The notes under the pieces are model-generated. The model had not been told where the DNA came from. It made no database searches and saw nothing but the letters and a program-made list of their open reading frames with translations. A stretch of DNA of 55,019 bases, filler included, from Sphacelaria rigidula (lineage: Eukaryota), in the NCBI GenBank assembly GCA_964200075.2. It is 5 parts of 5 records of this genome, joined end to end, with 100 filler letters (N's around TTAATTAATTAA, not from the genome) between each part and the next. Parts side by side here need not be neighbours in the genome. Positions count along the whole stretch, not along the records: positions 44,097 to 55,019 come from CAXNAA020005669.1; 4 more parts are not named here. The stretch is one strand, 5' to 3'. Positions 51,440 through 55,019 of this stretch are shown one piece after another. The position numbers and the translations under genes were made by a program. The first letter of the stretch is position 1. Each line of letters opens with the position of its first letter.

Positions 51440-53180
51440 GTGATGTGGCATTTAATCGGGGAAGGACGCCGTAGCGTCGACGTGATTAGGGTACGGCAGA
51501 TCGTGTGGACGTGCGTCTCCGGGAGGCTGAAGGGGTCAATTCCAACTTGGTCGTGACGCGTGCGTGTGTGTGTGAGTTGTCGTTCCATCTATTCTGGACG
51601 CCGGTCTACACCTTTCGGTAGATGTGGGCGCACCAGCCGGGGTCACACAGGAGCAAGGTCGACAAAGGAGCTTTTTCTTCAACTTATTTTAGTACCCCAC
51701 ATTCCTTCTGCGGTGCTTGCATTTGTTTTTTATCGCGAGAGGGGTTTGGTAGTTCCTTTCCCTCGTCGACCACTGAGTCGAATTCTGTGTACCCACGACA
51801 TAGTCGCTCTCCACTGTCGGGCATGATCCGAGAAAAAATTCCAGATCGCTCCGAGATTTGAACCCATGACTACACCGTCAGGAGGTTTCGAGGTAACCGA
51901 CTGAGCCACCGGACGCGTGTACGCTGGGTATTTCCGTTGACATTTCGAGACAGGGGCGGAACAGTCGCGCTAGTGCTGAAGCTCTTGTCAGCTTAGGACT
52001 CGTTCCCAATAGATGCCCCGCTGATGACGTACGGTGTCTGGAACAACAGGGCATCTTCGGTATGATCTCACTATGATGCGGTGACTACGTTGCGGCACGT
52101 GGTGGCGTTGGATGGGCTAATGCCTGCAGAGTTGTGGATTGGTGGCACCACACACTTGTCCGCAGCAGGCGTGACCTTAGGGATGTTGCACAAAGAACGT
52201 AGAAGGAAACCGAACGCGTAGAAGTCATACGTCCGGGAAAACGATGCTATTCGGGATTTGGTGTCAGAAGTTTTCGCCGATCGGCGTAGAAGCGGGATCG
52301 GTAGCCTGGTCAAGGCACGGAATAGAGGGGCAAGTAGAGACCTCATCGGCGGGAGGCGGCTCATGACGCCGAGTTACATGATGGATGCTACATCAAAATA
52401 ATGGCAATGAAAGGGATACGGCAACACACGGTGAATGGATGAACAGGTGAGGAGTAGTATAGCCATGTGTGAACGAAGAGGATTGGATGCCGAAATTGGA
52501 GACGAGACTAAGTTGTCAGTCACATATGCACGGAAGTGTCTTGTCCCTACGGCATGGATTGCATTGGTGTGGCGGGGGAGAGCGTGGGGGAGGTATGTTG
52601 TATCCGCGCGTCGGCTTAGGTTCTTGCAGAGGCTGGTGCGACTGCGCTCAGCGCAATCTCCAGATGGGAGCCAACGGTCAGATACATGACGAGTCACACT
52701 GTTTTTGAACGGGTTGTTCATGAGGTTTTCCTCCCCACCCCCCCCCTCCCCCCCAAGCTGGGTTGGGGGCAGTAGTGCACAATGCGACCAAATTCGAAAG
52801 CGACTGCACAAAATTGTGGTTGCCGGGTTTCTGGCAAAACGATCGAAACGCCGTCAAAACACCACGCTTCGCGGACGAAACCTCGTTCACTCCAAGTTAA
52901 AGGCCATGCGGACACGGTCCTGCAAGAGTTTCCACATTACGTGCAGCAGGGCGGCTCCAACGCTGGCGAACATCGAACTGTACTGGGGTTGTCTCTGGAT
53001 AATCACCTTGTACAGAAATCTCCATCGGAGTATCGCCTATCCAGGTCCTGATTTAACTCGATACCACCGTACGCGCGCGGCGGGAGCTGCGAGGCACTGA
53101 AACTCTGCACGCGTACCCTCTCAAGCTTAGTCAACAACCTCGTTACCAGAGATCTCGAGTTAAGTGCTGCATCAGCGCGC
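51440..53180 (-). mobile_element. Possible decayed non-LTR retrotransposon remnant
   Basis: Frameshifted coding-like GC-rich sequence with a C-x2-C..H/C cluster (CGQVCG...NATTC) near 52100-52170, reminiscent of the Zn-knuckle upstream of REL endonucleases. It is interrupted by a SINE. No intact RT motif was seen. Confidence 0.3.
51660..51915 (-). mobile_element. tRNA-derived SINE
   Basis: A-box TGGCTCAGTCGG (51908-51897) and B-box GGTTCAAATC (51864-51855) at tRNA-like spacing, followed by a non-tRNA A-rich body. The 3' boundary is approximate. Confidence 0.7.
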
Positions 53181-53274
53181 AACGGGGCCAAAGCAGGTAA
53201 GATGTTGTTCCGAAAACAGGTTTTTTTCTTCTCTTCGGGCGCAACACTGTTTTCTCCTCTTCGTTTATTTTATA

Positions 53275-53720
53275 CCGTACATAGCACGGGGTTTTACCAA
53301 TTGGGGATGGGTTTTGCAGTGGGGATGAAAACCCGGAGAAATAAAATCTTCGTATACACACCAAATCTTCGAAGTACGGTTCTATTTCTTCACTTTCTGG
53401 GAGCTACTGACAAGTACTACACGCCATACAAATTTTGATTTCGATTACCGAAATGTCGGGGGTCTATTTGAAAAATCAATTTTGGGGTCCGATCGGATCA
53501 CCTACATCCCCGACGATCGGGTTTTCGCTTAGGATCCCGACATTTCGGTTATCGGAATCCAATTTTTTATGGCGTGTAGCAGTTGTCAATAGCTACCAGC
53601 AAGTGAAGAAATGGAATCATTTTCGAAAATTTGGTGTGGATACGAAGGTTTTAATTCTCCGGGTTCTCATCCCGAATTCAAAATCCATCCCCAATTTGTA
53701 AAATCCCGTGTTACATGCGG
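53275..53720. mobile_element. Foldback/MITE with about 160-bp inverted arms
   Basis: CACGGGGTTTTACCAATTGGGGATGG...CTACACGCCATA (about 53286-53429) is inverted at about 53568-53710. Confidence 0.75.
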
Positions 53721-54132
53721 AGTAATTTGTGATGCGCGACATAGATCAAGCCTCACGGCGGGTGCTGGGACGGACACGCCTCATCAAGTGTTTCCGTACA
53801 AAGCCAGGCTTCTGGAAGTATGGGTAACGTGTTTCAGCCCTCCTACACTGAGTAGTGATATCGAATCGAGCTATGAATACCTAAAGACAGCCCGGGAACA
53901 GCCCTGCGGATACCATACAAGTATCGTGGAAGAAGACGAAATTCAGTCGGACGCTTCCCTGTGGAAATGGAATACAGACAGCATGGTACGCGCAGCGTGT
54001 GCATGCAGTGTATGCAAGTACTTCGTCAAGTTGCGGCTCTAGCCGGTTCGTACCTATATTACCACACTCTTATCGGTCCTCATGAGAGAAAATGGCTGTA
54101 CCTACGTGAGTCTCCTTACTTCTTCACATCAC

Positions 54133-54300
54133 CTTCTTGCAGTAAGAACTTCGCCACTTGGGCGTGGCCCTGATGGCACGAGTAGTGCAGAGGCGTGGTA
54201 TCATCTGCACTCAGCAAGTCCACACCGCTGGAGCGTTTGTTGTCGTCCAGCCACTGGCGCACTGTGCACAGATCACCGTCAAATGCAGCTTTGTGGATGA
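54133..54300 (-). CDS. Ankyrin-repeat protein, internal exon (about two repeats)
   Basis: AG/GT-bounded phase 1-1 exon encoding IHKAAFDGDLCTVRQWLD..VDLLSADDTTPLHYSCHQGHAQVAKFLLQEG, which matches the ankyrin TPLH...G...V..LL..G consensus. Other exons are not confidently assigned (candidate at about 51084-51171). Confidence 0.85.
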
Positions 54301-54946
54301 CTGAACATCGAGAAATGACCATCACTGCACAACGGGGTCTAGCACCTCGTGATGAGGTGATGCTGTGCTGTGGCCGAAGGGTCGCTGGCATGGAACAAGC
54401 TTGTCTGTGATAGAACAGTAAATGAGGTATAAAAAGAATAGTTTCGTGTTGTTGTCATGATAGTTTTTGCCAAAATAAAAAATAAGTCGGGGTTGACCGC
54501 GTGCAAAAAACCACTGTATAGTGTCTCGCTTGCAAGCGGCAAGCAGCACCGGTGTCCTCCAGTTCGTACGGCCGGCCCGCCCTCTAAGGAAGATACGCAG
54601 GTCCAGTAGGTGAAACCGCTGGGAAGCTGCGTTCAAGGCAGGACCTTAGAGGACCAATTCATGGTTACAAATTTGACAGTTTCTCGCATTTATGTTGCTC
54701 TGTTTAGCTCCATGTACCCACAATAACGGTACGCCGCCAGGTGGCGACCACGCTGAGTACTCACGGCACATACGACATGGACAAAGGGATGGCTGTGCAC
54801 TCATAGTTCACACAGGGAAATGGATCATACCAATTGATGAACCTGCCATAATGCACGACACGAATGGCATGTAGGTCTTTTGCAGAGGTTCAAATATGAA
54901 ATATGACAGCTGCAGCATGTTTCCCACAGTCATGTACCGAAGACAG

Positions 54947-55009
<63 letters not shown>

Positions 55010-55019
55010 CTTCACATTA
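54947..55019 (-). repeat. (GTT)n microsatellite, the (AAC)n tail of a retroposon end
   Basis: (GTT)n followed by GTCTTCACATTA, the reverse complement of TAATGTGAAGAC seen at about 23470. Confidence 0.9.

Noticed and set aside
51846..51915. Functional tRNA gene
   Set aside because: A and B boxes are present but there is no proper acceptor or anticodon stem, and it runs into a SINE-like body. The same applies to 41256-41337.

Overview
Eukaryotic, intron-rich DNA of about 50% GC. Gene style, CAG/CAA microsatellites and repeat families suggest a brown alga or other stramenopile (inference). The window is not one locus: it is five size-matched contigs (1-10924, 11025-21948, 22049-32972, 33073-43996, 44097-55019; 10924 bp x4 and 10923 bp) joined by artificial N44-TTAATTAATTAA-N44 linkers, so adjacency across linkers means nothing. 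Manual splice-phase reconstruction gives five main genes. (1) A partial myotubularin-family gene (+) with a roughly 350-aa low-complexity insert. (2) A 5'-incomplete AAAP/Aa_trans amino-acid transporter (-) with two GC-AG introns. (3) A partial multi-pass membrane protein (-) with MLO-like motifs, an EF-hand-like C-terminal region and an Asp/His (DDHAT) repeat loop. (4) A coiled-coil/low-complexity hypothetical protein (-). (5) An ankyrin-repeat exon (-). Introns are packed with non-autonomous TEs: a three-level Harbinger>hAT>Tc1/mariner nest, a Tc1/mariner element inside a 41-bp palindromic minisatellite, foldback MITEs, tRNA-derived SINEs and retroposon 3' ends with different microsatellite tails. 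No CRISPR array, rRNA, intact tRNA or intact transposase was seen. I found no complete novel system; the best candidate for something undescribed is the MLO-like/EF-hand/DDH-repeat membrane protein.
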